From: a virus
Taxonomy: Duplodnaviria; Heunggongvirae; Uroviricota; Caudoviricetes
Direction: 5' to 3' (one strand)
IMG/VR virus record: IMGVR_UViG_3300025693_000001
Length of the DNA stretch: 64,000 bases
This document shows, one piece after another, positions 39,401 through 48,622 of the stretch. The position numbers were made by a program, and so were the translations under genes. The notes beneath the pieces were generated by a model. That model did not search any database. It was given only the letters and a program-made list of their open reading frames with translations, and was not told the DNA's origin. Numbering within the stretch: position 1 is the stretch's first letter; each line of letters begins with the position of its first letter.

Positions 39401-39428
39401 ATAAGTTTATATCATATTGACTTGTCAT
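36411..39428 (-). CDS. tail fibre / baseplate-associated protein
   Basis: 1005 aa; L.G.G..NYGE..EN..M.ENFA, GQWW, GNVGINT and P.Y.F..D..TGMY repeats. Confidence 0.8.
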   Translation of the reverse strand: MTSQYDINLSNGSVLATLHPLEFNGPDNTSTPRQILQARPTFPVTVATPGTNTISVIGDETLIFRVGFQFQIADSSGNNGTYTVQSVSYVGGSTLIVTVEAFVSAVADGVVMAHVFVVGGDVTTRFVSGFQFTVAQSGDINATYTITALGPASGAQAVTDITTVDDVTGSLNNKYFMLYSPNAAYYVWYSDGTGADPAPGGIAIPVVYTQNDTAATIASLTQAAIDLVLSFGASVLTDTVTVTATDIGITSTAMDVNTSFSVVSVLPGINTTETIIPVTHGTIRDNLNTPITLPYGYAEYVNLDPNTSLKLPGRGVMNYGEMIVENMVRMTENFAADLSPELNSNIGTTPVGDPLVGQWWYKTLAGEEGFKFYDGTIWSNHFDLDNGALIFRDPQNVLDPTTDIYITADEAGLPVGYTGTDEAGVVVWTEVNPNALDPIFRVMSTNGTERLRVEHDGWIRTADNLEVIGGGNGSVESYFHGKVGIGNDGLPTIANTLTVEGNGITINADTGLNAELELNALAGQASDVHFDIAGVRHGNVSVDGTATGTPLEINSNVTNHIRMVNGGGNVGINTTANPTALLQIKENLYFNEGDGNAAVGSDVRFTGDGIIAAENNMYVNYESDGGVTGGFEVRSGTDSTVGSVVRMHIDNDKMYVNTDTLYINTAADRVGINMVPSYAFDVTGSSRFNSPIGINNVPPSGAPVWLEVTGDVQVNSQIRGSDQTAASPTYSFTSALDTGMYLNAGVLSMAVDGVDVYTMSTAKTIFTPDVQFDGRVGINTIPPTLDVWLNVAGDIQTTTKVLTPYGTAAIPSYTFTTDETTGMYATATSVDLTFGGLVGLSVTATAVSTDRVNEGVTYTFTGDTSTAITTSAAGQLTIDAVTDITLGTAGIGRFVVEVDGTLSSSTASYEALVTAANDIPNKAYVDDRAIPTYEEFVSVGGETIINTTLKTTANTASRAYMQVFLNGLLQMEGAARNYTVTGANQLTFTAALVVDDIVVIYAFEQ

Positions 39429-39447
39429 TTTTTGTTATTTCCTTATA

Positions 39448-41757
39448 TTATGGTTGTGGTGTGCGATCATATAATGGTACATTAGCCACATTTACTTCTA
39501 TCGGTGTTGCAATTGGTGGTATGTTACCAGCGGAGAATACGAATTTGGTTGATGCCCTTCCGACCCGACCAACTTCTCGATATCCCCACGTCGATGGAGC
39601 CGGTGGATTGCCACCCGCTGTCCCATTTCCGTCATTTGCCTTGCCGCTATTAATGGATGCTGCTGGTATTGTGTATGTGTATGTCCGTCCACCTTCATCT
39701 GTTCCACCAATTATGGCTGCAAACAATGGAGTGTTAGCTCCACCATCACCATCAATCAACGTTACTGATGACTCAGCACCAGGGAACGATGAATAAAATG
39801 TTATGTGGGCATCTGTTACAGCAACACCAAACGGTGGGATAGCATCTGTCGACTGACCACTAAAATTAATCGGATTTGCGTCAGCGACTGTCAGCATCTC
39901 GCCAACCAACGACCCGATGTTACTCGCATTCGCCCCATCAACCAACACTGTAATCACACCCGAATCACTAGCCGTTCCAGCGTTTAGTTGTATTTGGAAC
40001 GCATAGGTAACAGCTGAACTCAATCCAGTTGGCATGCCTGGCCAGATTTGATCCGTGTCAGTCAGCACATCAACAACACCCATTGTTGCGTTCACTTCAA
40101 GAAAACCATACTCATCAGCGTATTGTTTAACACCATTCACGTACAGCTCCAAATTTCCGTAACCAGGCACATAATCATACCCCAAATCGCCGTGTGTACC
40201 AGATACTGAGTTTCCGATATCAACTTCACTAACACCTTTCGATGCTATTACCGCTCTATTCGGACGGCGAACCATATCACCGAGGGTCTTATTCAGATCA
40301 CCCAACACATTATCCAGAGGAATGTTTGGATATTCTGGATTGTCATAAAAAGCATGCTCAAGGTACAGATCGAACATCCCCTGAAACAGATTTGGTTGCG
40401 CAATTTGGTGGAATACCGAATCGGAGGTTGTTCCACCCGCAGCGAAACCAGCTACAACAATCTGTGGTAATCCGTTCGTTCTCGTTAGTGTTAATTCTTG
40501 ATTTATGTTATCGAAAAAGCCACCATTGACAACCCCATCACCCGATGCTGATATCGCACCAGCCAATTCAACATCAACGTATTCTTTCGTTGCTGCTTGT
40601 AAGTTTGTTGTTGGGTTGGAATTGAGGAACAAATTGCCAGACATTGTCCCACCTGTGGTGAATAGTACATTCGCGTTTGTTAAAAACGATGATGCTCCAA
40701 CATTCGTCCAAATGGCCCCATCGAATTGTAGCAGGTCATCCTCCGCGATGGGATCACCGTAAATGACATCATATAGATCTGTAACAATCGTGGGGATGGC
40801 AGCTTCTACATCAACCGCAACACCATCGACGTATGCTTTTGTTGCAGCGTCTTGTGCCGAAATCGGAGTTGTCACTCGTCTGATTAGGTTATCATTCATA
40901 TCGATTCCCACACCCCCACCAACAGCACTCACCATGGTGCCACCGGTCAACGGCAAGAATCCGGTATCACTACCCGTTTGGTTTCTCCAAATCGATCCAT
41001 CATATATCAACACACTACCCAATACTGGGGATGATAACTGAACATCTGTCAATTCGCCGAGTTCGTTGTTGGCAGCAATCTGCGTATCAACGTAACTTTT
41101 GTTTACAGCATCGCTTGTGTTGAATGGTGTTGCCAGATCAGTAACCGTAAATCCATTTGCTGATATGTCACCATACAATCCGGTGTTGTTCTGGATAAGA
41201 TATTCCCACCCCCCAATGTACTTACCGATTAGTCCCGATGGTGGTGCAGGTAACAACGACATTACTGTGTTACCGCTACTATCGATGGCAGATGTGGATA
41301 TCAGAAACTCACTCTGAGCATCTGTGGTACCAGCTTCAATGATCCGTAGTTGACTTCCAGGTACCAATCTAGCCGTCTCATCACCAACGATCGTAATGTA
41401 ATTGACAAGAGAATTGTGTGGAGCGACATTCGGTAGGATAACATGCTTACGTGTATTGAACACTCTCAGCACGTAGTCGTCTGTTGACCGGTCTAACCAC
41501 ACCTGCCCCCCGATCGGATATGTTGGTTCTATCGCACCAGCAAAATGCTCCATGGTGTGTAGGATATCTTCCTGTATTCGTTCGCCGTAGTTTGGTGAAC
41601 CCTTACCATGCAACAGCAAGCTTGTTGCAGCGGAAGCAGCTTTTGAGTCTAGTGTGTTGGTTGTTGGATTTTCTGGACCATTTGTAGTGTACGCGTTTAA
41701 CTGGAAACTGCGATTCTCATTTTTGTCAGTAAAATCAATTGTGTAGTTATTTGCCAT
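39448..41757 (-). CDS. tail fibre / baseplate-associated protein
   Basis: L.L.GKG..NYGE....E.FA, GQVW, repeated A(A/V)(T/N)K.YVD; CATAAATA upstream. Confidence 0.8.
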   Translation of the reverse strand: MANNYTIDFTDKNENRSFQLNAYTTNGPENPTTNTLDSKAASAATSLLLHGKGSPNYGERIQEDILHTMEHFAGAIEPTYPIGGQVWLDRSTDDYVLRVFNTRKHVILPNVAPHNSLVNYITIVGDETARLVPGSQLRIIEAGTTDAQSEFLISTSAIDSSGNTVMSLLPAPPSGLIGKYIGGWEYLIQNNTGLYGDISANGFTVTDLATPFNTSDAVNKSYVDTQIAANNELGELTDVQLSSPVLGSVLIYDGSIWRNQTGSDTGFLPLTGGTMVSAVGGGVGIDMNDNLIRRVTTPISAQDAATKAYVDGVAVDVEAAIPTIVTDLYDVIYGDPIAEDDLLQFDGAIWTNVGASSFLTNANVLFTTGGTMSGNLFLNSNPTTNLQAATKEYVDVELAGAISASGDGVVNGGFFDNINQELTLTRTNGLPQIVVAGFAAGGTTSDSVFHQIAQPNLFQGMFDLYLEHAFYDNPEYPNIPLDNVLGDLNKTLGDMVRRPNRAVIASKGVSEVDIGNSVSGTHGDLGYDYVPGYGNLELYVNGVKQYADEYGFLEVNATMGVVDVLTDTDQIWPGMPTGLSSAVTYAFQIQLNAGTASDSGVITVLVDGANASNIGSLVGEMLTVADANPINFSGQSTDAIPPFGVAVTDAHITFYSSFPGAESSVTLIDGDGGANTPLFAAIIGGTDEGGRTYTYTIPAASINSGKANDGNGTAGGNPPAPSTWGYREVGRVGRASTKFVFSAGNIPPIATPIEVNVANVPLYDRTPQP

Positions 41758-41796
41758 TTGCTGTCCTCTGAATAAGTCGAATGTGGCTGTATTCTT

Positions 41797-42246
41797 CTAT
41801 TTATGGAGGTTCGCGTTGGTAAAATAAGGATTCGGATTTAAGAAAAATTCTTGAAGGAAATAGTCGGTTGTTGCTTTGACTTGAGGCAAGTTGTATTGCA
41901 GACCGGTACCCAGTCGGGCGGTATTAATAATAGTATCGTATACGTCGGGATTCAGTTGATATGATTTGAAGTGCAAATCATTTCCAAACAGCAAGTTATC
42001 GTCCCGAATCGACGTATCAAACGGAACACCAAAATACAACTCCAGTAGATGCGAGTAAATGACAGCAACGGAATACGATTTAGCAGGGTATAGGATTTCG
42101 TGTGTAGCGTTACTAAAATAATCAATCGCGTGTTTAGCTAGTTGATCATCATCCATCTGTTTGACCGGCACATCAATGTTGACATCCGATGGATGTGGGT
42201 TCAAATGGTGGAATAGCTCCTGTCTTATTTTGTGGTCCGATACCAT
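41797..42246 (-). CDS. hypothetical accessory protein of the radical SAM operon
   Basis: last gene of the rSAM run, overlaps the upstream rSAM gene; YPAKSY motif. Confidence 0.7.
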   Translation of the reverse strand: MVSDHKIRQELFHHLNPHPSDVNIDVPVKQMDDDQLAKHAIDYFSNATHEILYPAKSYSVAVIYSHLLELYFGVPFDTSIRDDNLLFGNDLHFKSYQLNPDVYDTIINTARLGTGLQYNLPQVKATTDYFLQEFFLNPNPYFTNANLHK

Positions 42247-43163
42247 TCCAACAACCCCTTGAGTCCACTACACGATTCAACATCAAAGTTTTTAATTGGT
42301 CGCAAATGCTCACTCATGCACCTACCACGAAATTCACAATCACCACAATGTTTATTTGTATTGAATGTTAGATACTCATCCATTACCCACTTGAGGTAAT
42401 CAAACCAATCATACACTGGGAGGAAATACTCGTGGCCATTTCGATCAAATTCTAGTACAGCAAAGTCACCATCCGGTGTCACGTATATATGATCATCAGA
42501 CCAAGCATGACCCTTACCATCCAACACTCGGTTTATGTTCGATTCGGTAACAAATTCATAACCCCGTGACTCGATTGGACTTAATTCTATCCACCTGCGC
42601 ACAAATCCTTCATAATCTTTGAAAGATGTGTCATCGGTATTGGCTTGATTTGTTGAGTATGGTTTTATCTCAACAGATTGCAACTTGGGTAACGTGTTGC
42701 ACACCGATATAGCTTCCATCATTGTTGCATCGTCCCACTCAATCATTCCTTTGCTAGCCAACATAAGCACATGAAATGGTGTATCCAATGCCACCATGTT
42801 ATTCATGACTATGGTGTTTTGTTCACGTTCAGTGTAATCCCAGCTAACCGATAAATCGATATCAGGGCCTGACAACCACGCAGGAACGGTTGTTAGGTTG
42901 GTTATGACAGAAACCTTACCACTATAGTGGTTCCTGATTACATCGATGGTACCTTGTATATATTCACCGTCAAGCAATGTTATTTCACCACCATACAAAT
43001 CGACGTGGGTTATTTTCTTATATTTGGATATTTCTACCAACTTATCGTTCAGCACCGATAAGGGAAGCAACGTGGGGTCTTTTAGTTGGTCCTTGGATAA
43101 ATAACAAAACGAACAACGAAGATTACAACGCAAACAACTATTGATGGACACGGAAAATGACAA
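42225..43163 (-). CDS. radical SAM protein
   Basis: CNLRCSFC, LYGGE, TNL, C-terminal CxxC-x5-C..C; probable TTG start at 43163 with AGGTG RBS. Confidence 0.85.
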   Translation of the reverse strand: MSFSVSINSCLRCNLRCSFCYLSKDQLKDPTLLPLSVLNDKLVEISKYKKITHVDLYGGEITLLDGEYIQGTIDVIRNHYSGKVSVITNLTTVPAWLSGPDIDLSVSWDYTEREQNTIVMNNMVALDTPFHVLMLASKGMIEWDDATMMEAISVCNTLPKLQSVEIKPYSTNQANTDDTSFKDYEGFVRRWIELSPIESRGYEFVTESNINRVLDGKGHAWSDDHIYVTPDGDFAVLEFDRNGHEYFLPVYDWFDYLKWVMDEYLTFNTNKHCGDCEFRGRCMSEHLRPIKNFDVESCSGLKGLLEWYRTTK

Positions 43164-44044
43164 ACTATTACACCTATAAATTAATTGATCCCAGATCACA
43201 CAAACCCTTTTATGTTGGAAAAGGGAAAGGATCCAGAATGTACGAACATAAAACCAACCACTCAAAAAAACGTCACAAACGGTCAAACCCAATGAAGTGC
43301 AAACGTATTAAAGATATACTGGATGCGGGATATGATATTATATATGAGAAACACGAGATGTTCAACGAGGACGACGCATATGCAATGGAGAAACGGTTAA
43401 TCGAATCACTCGGGAAGATAATAGATGGGACTGGTATCCTTACCAACATCGCTGATGGAGGCTTGGGTGGTAACCCACCAAAAACACCAGTCGATCAATA
43501 CACACTTGGTGGCGACTTAATCGCGACATACTCATCCATCATTGACGCGAGTGAGCGAACAGGGATCAACGGACCAAACATATCATCGAGTATCACAAAC
43601 AGAAACACGAAAAACAAATCAGCCGGTGGATTTGTTTGGACGTACAGAGGGGCAGCATTCGCACCCCCATCACCAAAAACAAACTGCAAAACTGTGTTTC
43701 AATTTGACACCACCGGCTCGATAACAGCGGAATACCACTCATCCGCCCAGGCATCAACAGTGTCGGGTGTTGATCGAGCTGGAATCATTAAGTGTTGTAA
43801 CAGTACCCAACGAACCGCTGGAGGGTGGCGGTGGTCGTATGATGCAGTTGCACCAAAGAACACGAGAAAAAGCGAATCATTAACGAAACGTGTTTGTAGG
43901 CTGTCCCTGTCCGGTGGTATCACGATAGAGTACGAATCACTAAAGGACGCCAGTATAGCGAATAATATTCCAGTTTCTGGCATATCAACATGCTGTCACA
44001 ATCAGACCAAGTCGAGAGGTGGGTTTCGCTGGAAATTTATTTGA
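43157..44044 (+). CDS. GIY-YIG homing endonuclease with three NUMOD1 repeats
   Basis: YTYKLIDP..PFYVGKG..R..H, E..LI, LTN..GG; 3x V.Q....G.....Y.S...A....G.....I...C......GG(F/W).W. Confidence 0.88.
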   Translation: MTNYYTYKLIDPRSHKPFYVGKGKGSRMYEHKTNHSKKRHKRSNPMKCKRIKDILDAGYDIIYEKHEMFNEDDAYAMEKRLIESLGKIIDGTGILTNIADGGLGGNPPKTPVDQYTLGGDLIATYSSIIDASERTGINGPNISSSITNRNTKNKSAGGFVWTYRGAAFAPPSPKTNCKTVFQFDTTGSITAEYHSSAQASTVSGVDRAGIIKCCNSTQRTAGGWRWSYDAVAPKNTRKSESLTKRVCRLSLSGGITIEYESLKDASIANNIPVSGISTCCHNQTKSRGGFRWKFI

Positions 44045-45113
44045 ATCCTGGTTTGTTGGTTGGAATTTGATTTTTGTTTGTTTCTATGATATCAGAAGCT
44101 AGACTTTTCATCAACGTACAATGATCTTCAACGATGTTTTCATCTTTCATATCTTTGATGGTTTTGCGACAACCGTTGCAGATACTAAACATTGGACACG
44201 CATAACATTCTGTTTTTAATGCGGCGAGTGATAAATCATCATCCAGTGGAGTGGCTGGCGTATCCGAAGACATTTCTTTCTCGAAGTTAATCGGTTTGTC
44301 GCGATCATCACCAAAAGCCCCACAACTATAGAAATCACCACCTGGGTTTATGGCACGGATTCCCCGATCGCAGTTACGCGATTGTGGACAAGTGGTACTA
44401 CCTTCGTACAATCGACGTACCATTTGCTTGGTGTTGTATTCCCAATCAATTAGCCCCTCATTGTATACATCCAGATATATTTTATATATTTTCGATAACT
44501 GATATGATGTCGATAAATCGCCAGAGGCCATACCGTAATTAAGTTTACACTCAACCCCCATCCGTTTTGCTAATCGAACATTATCGATTGCGGTGTCTTC
44601 GTTTTCATCAGTGATAACAGAAATGAAATCCGGTCGGTATCCGATGTGTTCAAGAAATGAATTCGACACATCCCAAAAGTCGTTCTCGGTGAATACTCTA
44701 GTTGGTGTTATCCTACGGGTATCCCCATAATTAAACGACGTGGTAACACCAACGCGTTCATGTTTAAATAACTCGATCCATGGTGTAGGGTTTTTAAGAA
44801 AAGGCCACAGATTCGATGTAAACGATAACGTAGCTGGCATATCATTCGCATCCAAAAACGCAATTATATCCCAGTAGTATTTTGGTTTAATCATCATCGG
44901 ATCACCCCCGTTTATAATGAGGGTGTTCGTTTTTGGGTATTTGCGTAAAAACGTGAAGATGTATTCCAAATCAAGAACACGGAAATGTTGGTCCGATATC
45001 ATAGTTGAACTACAGAATGTACAAGCAAAATTGCAGGCTTCCGTGGGTTTAATGATGAACTCCATTGGAGCATTATGTTCGACTATTTTTATCTGATTAA
45101 GTTTTGTTATCAC
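44037..45113 (-). CDS. radical SAM/SPASM protein
   Basis: IIKPT..CNFACTFC, NGGDP, SPASM-type Cys set (CPQ..C, SC, CxxC-x5-CxxC, C). Confidence 0.9.
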   Translation of the reverse strand: MITKLNQIKIVEHNAPMEFIIKPTEACNFACTFCSSTMISDQHFRVLDLEYIFTFLRKYPKTNTLIINGGDPMMIKPKYYWDIIAFLDANDMPATLSFTSNLWPFLKNPTPWIELFKHERVGVTTSFNYGDTRRITPTRVFTENDFWDVSNSFLEHIGYRPDFISVITDENEDTAIDNVRLAKRMGVECKLNYGMASGDLSTSYQLSKIYKIYLDVYNEGLIDWEYNTKQMVRRLYEGSTTCPQSRNCDRGIRAINPGGDFYSCGAFGDDRDKPINFEKEMSSDTPATPLDDDLSLAALKTECYACPMFSICNGCRKTIKDMKDENIVEDHCTLMKSLASDIIETNKNQIPTNKPGFK

Positions 45114-46297
45114 AAAATACCTTTACTGTGTGCGAATTCATGGTGTTTTTTGTTCCCTTGAGCTATCTCATCTGCGGTGGTATATCCACCCCAGTCGTAT
45201 ATATCATACGTCAAGTTTCCCATATTCTTCGGGTACATATCAAGGACTTTTTTTGGTAACATACAATCCACGATGTCGTACTGTTTCATATAATATAGCA
45301 CGTGTCTGGATACACACGTATCCAAATAGCGACAATCCTCACACTCGGTGGTACCAGATGCATACGCATATTGGGTTTTTTTCGATTCGGTAGCCATCGC
45401 AATCAAATCATCAACCGTGTATTCACCGTCGTGTGGCACTTTAAAAGCTTCCGTCGTGTTTGCAACATTCTCATGTATGAATGGACTCAGATATACTTCA
45501 CCGTCAGACAAAATCCAATTTGAATAGTTGTGTCCACCATGAGACCAATCTGCCACAACCATTTGAATGTCTAACCGATTGGATGGGGTTACTTGACGCT
45601 CAAGCTCGTTATTCCAGTGCCGGATCATGGTTCTAACTGTTCTGGGTTCATGCGAACGAAAGAACGATGGGTTGTAATCTATGATCGTATTAAACTGGTC
45701 CATAGCCAACAACGACATAGTATGCAACGATATCCCTGTCAATTTTTGGATATTAATCTGCATCGTGTAACAGACTCTTGCAGACATAGCATCGAATAAT
45801 CGTATTTTGTGTTTGAGATCGTCCAGGTAATCTTGGTTGTCGGTATTGAATTTTTTCGGATGCACAACTACCTGAATTTCAAACTCCATATATTCGTGTG
45901 GATAATACTCATTAAACAATTCAATAAAATCTAGAATCGTTTGATCATCACACATTAGTGTGGTCGGGATGGCAAAAATAGGTTTATGCTTGGCCATAAA
46001 TTGCTGGAGTTTTGGTTCCATCAACAACTCTTTTGCATTTACAGCTCCGAAGAAGTCAACCGGCCCAATTACAAGCTCATCGAATAGCATACCCGCGTCA
46101 TTAACCTCTTGGGCCAACTTCTCGAGAAGATCCAAATCTCGTTGTGTGTATGGAGTGTTACCTTTGTTGACGAAGCAACCCCGACAGCTATGCACGCAAG
46201 TGGTCAGAAAATCTGCAGTAGCTCTGTGGGCTACTACAGGTTTTGTTGCTGTCTCTGATGTTTTTTCGTAAAGTAAATTATTTGTTATTATCGGCAC
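45110..46297 (-). CDS. divergent radical SAM protein (paralog 3 of 3)
   Basis: CVHSCRGC; GPVDFF; PSFFR; CxxC-x5-C..C. Confidence 0.8.
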   Translation of the reverse strand: MPIITNNLLYEKTSETATKPVVAHRATADFLTTCVHSCRGCFVNKGNTPYTQRDLDLLEKLAQEVNDAGMLFDELVIGPVDFFGAVNAKELLMEPKLQQFMAKHKPIFAIPTTLMCDDQTILDFIELFNEYYPHEYMEFEIQVVVHPKKFNTDNQDYLDDLKHKIRLFDAMSARVCYTMQINIQKLTGISLHTMSLLAMDQFNTIIDYNPSFFRSHEPRTVRTMIRHWNNELERQVTPSNRLDIQMVVADWSHGGHNYSNWILSDGEVYLSPFIHENVANTTEAFKVPHDGEYTVDDLIAMATESKKTQYAYASGTTECEDCRYLDTCVSRHVLYYMKQYDIVDCMLPKKVLDMYPKNMGNLTYDIYDWGGYTTADEIAQGNKKHHEFAHSKGIL

Positions 46298-47417
46298 AAC
46301 GTTTTATGCGGGCAGTGGTTGAAGGGGTGGTGCTTGTGTTGTATAAGTCCAGAATTTCTTTTGGATATACACACTCGGTTATGTCTTTTGCTTCCATGAA
46401 ACTCAGCACATTTCTACCAACACACGTTGGTAAGTAGTGACAAGTTGTACACTCATCCGTCTTAGTCACGTACGCAAACTGTTCGGCTATTAGCCTGTGG
46501 TTTGTATCCATCACTTCATCAACGGTTGTTCCAGTTTCCATCGAAGGATAATCGAATAATATCTGTTCATATATAAACGGACTGATGAACATTTTATTTT
46601 TCTTGTAATTAACTACAATCGTATTCATCACATTGTGACTTTGATCAGCTATAGTTAGCATGATATCTTTGTAGTTTGCTTCTGAAATTGTGGCACGTAG
46701 AAACTCTTTCCACACATCCAGGTGAGCTGATATTAACTTATCATTACCCGTACGAAAGAACGATGGTAAGAATTCAATAATAGTATCAAACTGTTCACGA
46801 ACGATTTGAGTTATCTTATCGTAGTGTGTAATCATATCGACGTCATGATGCACGTTTACAGCGAATGACCAATCCACCACTTTTGGTGTTTCATGCTTGA
46901 GATAATGCAGAGCTTTGCTAAAATCTTTGTAGTATTGTTCGTCTCCACTCAACAACAAGTCAACATCCAACGGCACCAACAACTCGATAATCATATCCGA
47001 TCTGTATTTTGATGGGTCATCCAATATAGCAAAAACGGCATCCCATTGTTCTTGGTCGACTTTATGGAACATCGCAGTTGTTGTTATTCTGGTTTTGGGG
47101 TGTATGCTTAACAATTCTTGAAACTTTGGATTGTCAAGAACTTCAACAGCATTCGATGCACTGAATATATCTGTTGGCGAAATGATAACCTCGCGGAACC
47201 GTAGCCCACGTTCGTTCATGTTATGTGCTAGTGTTAATGCAGCATCCAAATCAACATCGTTGATATCGTTGCGTCGGTTTACGAAGCAACCAGGGCAAGC
47301 ATGCGCACAATCACGCAATACTTCAAGATTTAATACAAAATCCATGGTGTGATCGTCCCATCCTGCGGCAACATTGGGGGTGCTTTGTAGTGTAAATAAG
47401 TTTGGTTCAATGCTCAT
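46278..47417 (-). CDS. divergent radical SAM protein (paralog 2 of 3)
   Basis: CAHACPGC; SPTDIF; PSFFR; CxxC-x5-C..C. Confidence 0.8.
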   Translation of the reverse strand: MSIEPNLFTLQSTPNVAAGWDDHTMDFVLNLEVLRDCAHACPGCFVNRRNDINDVDLDAALTLAHNMNERGLRFREVIISPTDIFSASNAVEVLDNPKFQELLSIHPKTRITTTAMFHKVDQEQWDAVFAILDDPSKYRSDMIIELLVPLDVDLLLSGDEQYYKDFSKALHYLKHETPKVVDWSFAVNVHHDVDMITHYDKITQIVREQFDTIIEFLPSFFRTGNDKLISAHLDVWKEFLRATISEANYKDIMLTIADQSHNVMNTIVVNYKKNKMFISPFIYEQILFDYPSMETGTTVDEVMDTNHRLIAEQFAYVTKTDECTTCHYLPTCVGRNVLSFMEAKDITECVYPKEILDLYNTSTTPSTTARIKRCADNNK

Positions 47418-47456
47418 GTGGGTAGATTCTCCTGAAAGCTGTGGTATATGTGCGTG

Positions 47457-47464
47457 TATTTATA
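47457..47464 (-). promoter_or_regulatory. T4-type late promoter TATAAATA inside the rSAM operon
   Basis: exact box in the only sizeable intergenic gap between operon genes, 40 nt before ATG 47417. Confidence 0.6.
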
Positions 47465-47503
47465 CTAATAGATCATCTACTATACCCAACCCATCACGAT
47501 AGG

Positions 47504-48622
47504 TCAAATATATTTGGTGCCATCCCATATGTTATCTCTCGGAACGATGCAATCTATTAGATCTCGACTCTCCATGTAAGCTATAACATTACGACCAATA
47601 CAAGACGACAACAGATTACAATGTGCACACCCTGTTGTCTGTGAGGCGTACATATACTGAGATGTGACTAACTCTCCTAGCTTTTTTGTGATATCATCTG
47701 CTGTGTGTGGTTTATCGATCTTGAATATTTCATTTGTTTGAGGTATACCATCAAACAAATACGGCATCACATACAAATCTCCATCCTTGTACGATAGGTT
47801 TATGAAGCCCTCACCACCAAAATATTTATCAAACATATTGAAACTCACGTACTCAGGTAGTGGTTCGTCTGGTGGTAATTGTGCAACTAGCATAGTTTTA
47901 AACGCAGACACCCGACGTTCCACCATGTCAGTTGAATTCGATCGAAAGAAACTTGGTATGATCCGTAATGGCACGTTAAACTCTTCGTGTATCTTTTCTG
48001 CTACCGCAAGTAACGTAGTACCATTAAACATCTGGTCGTGATAATTAACCACAAACACCACGGTATCCTTTGCAAATAAGCACAAATGTTCGGTAAGTTT
48101 ATCGATGTATTCCCGATCGTTACTCAGGTATTTCGCCAGATCAAACGCAACAAACAACTCAAAGTCTCGAGCTGCTGCATTGTTCAAATGTTTTTGCAGG
48201 GTGTGCCATCTCATCTTTAGCGTTCTGGTATCGCACATCAGGGTGGAGCTAGCACTAAGGGAGAAATTTGATGTAAGTTCATACATCAGAGGATTGTCCA
48301 TTATCTCGTCGAAATTCGTTGCTGTGAAAATATCCGTTGGTCCGATGAATACTTCTTCGCACGCCACAGACATACTTTGAAGCGTATCAGCGATTGCAAT
48401 GGCTGACGATATGTCGTCTGGAGTACATGTGTTCCGTCTGGGTATGTAACACCCAACACAATTGAAAGCGCATCCATCTAGTATGTCCAATACCAGTTCG
48501 GACCGTAGCATATCCGTGTATTGTAGTTTTGCGGGATTGTGTGGTCCGATCGTTGCGGATCCGATATCACCAATATTGACACCATCTGATAGTGTTTCTT
48601 TTTGGTAGGTGTTCATTTTCAT
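47504..48622 (-). CDS. divergent radical SAM protein (paralog 1 of 3)
   Basis: CAFNCVGC; GPTDIF; PSFFR; CxxC-x5-C..C. Confidence 0.8.
   Translation of the reverse strand: MKMNTYQKETLSDGVNIGDIGSATIGPHNPAKLQYTDMLRSELVLDILDGCAFNCVGCYIPRRNTCTPDDISSAIAIADTLQSMSVACEEVFIGPTDIFTATNFDEIMDNPLMYELTSNFSLSASSTLMCDTRTLKMRWHTLQKHLNNAAARDFELFVAFDLAKYLSNDREYIDKLTEHLCLFAKDTVVFVVNYHDQMFNGTTLLAVAEKIHEEFNVPLRIIPSFFRSNSTDMVERRVSAFKTMLVAQLPPDEPLPEYVSFNMFDKYFGGEGFINLSYKDGDLYVMPYLFDGIPQTNEIFKIDKPHTADDITKKLGELVTSQYMYASQTTGCAHCNLLSSCIGRNVIAYMESRDLIDCIVPRDNIWDGTKYI

Noticed and set aside
43164-43292. 43-aa N-terminal extension of rSAM 42225..43292 in the ORF track
   Set aside because: It is the antisense of the endonuclease coding sequence; rSAM-like sequence starts only at about 43163
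43157-44044. Group I intron splitting one rSAM gene
   Set aside because: The endonuclease is antisense, both flanking genes have their own CxxxCxxC and C-terminal Cys clusters, and there is no non-coding room for intron core structure
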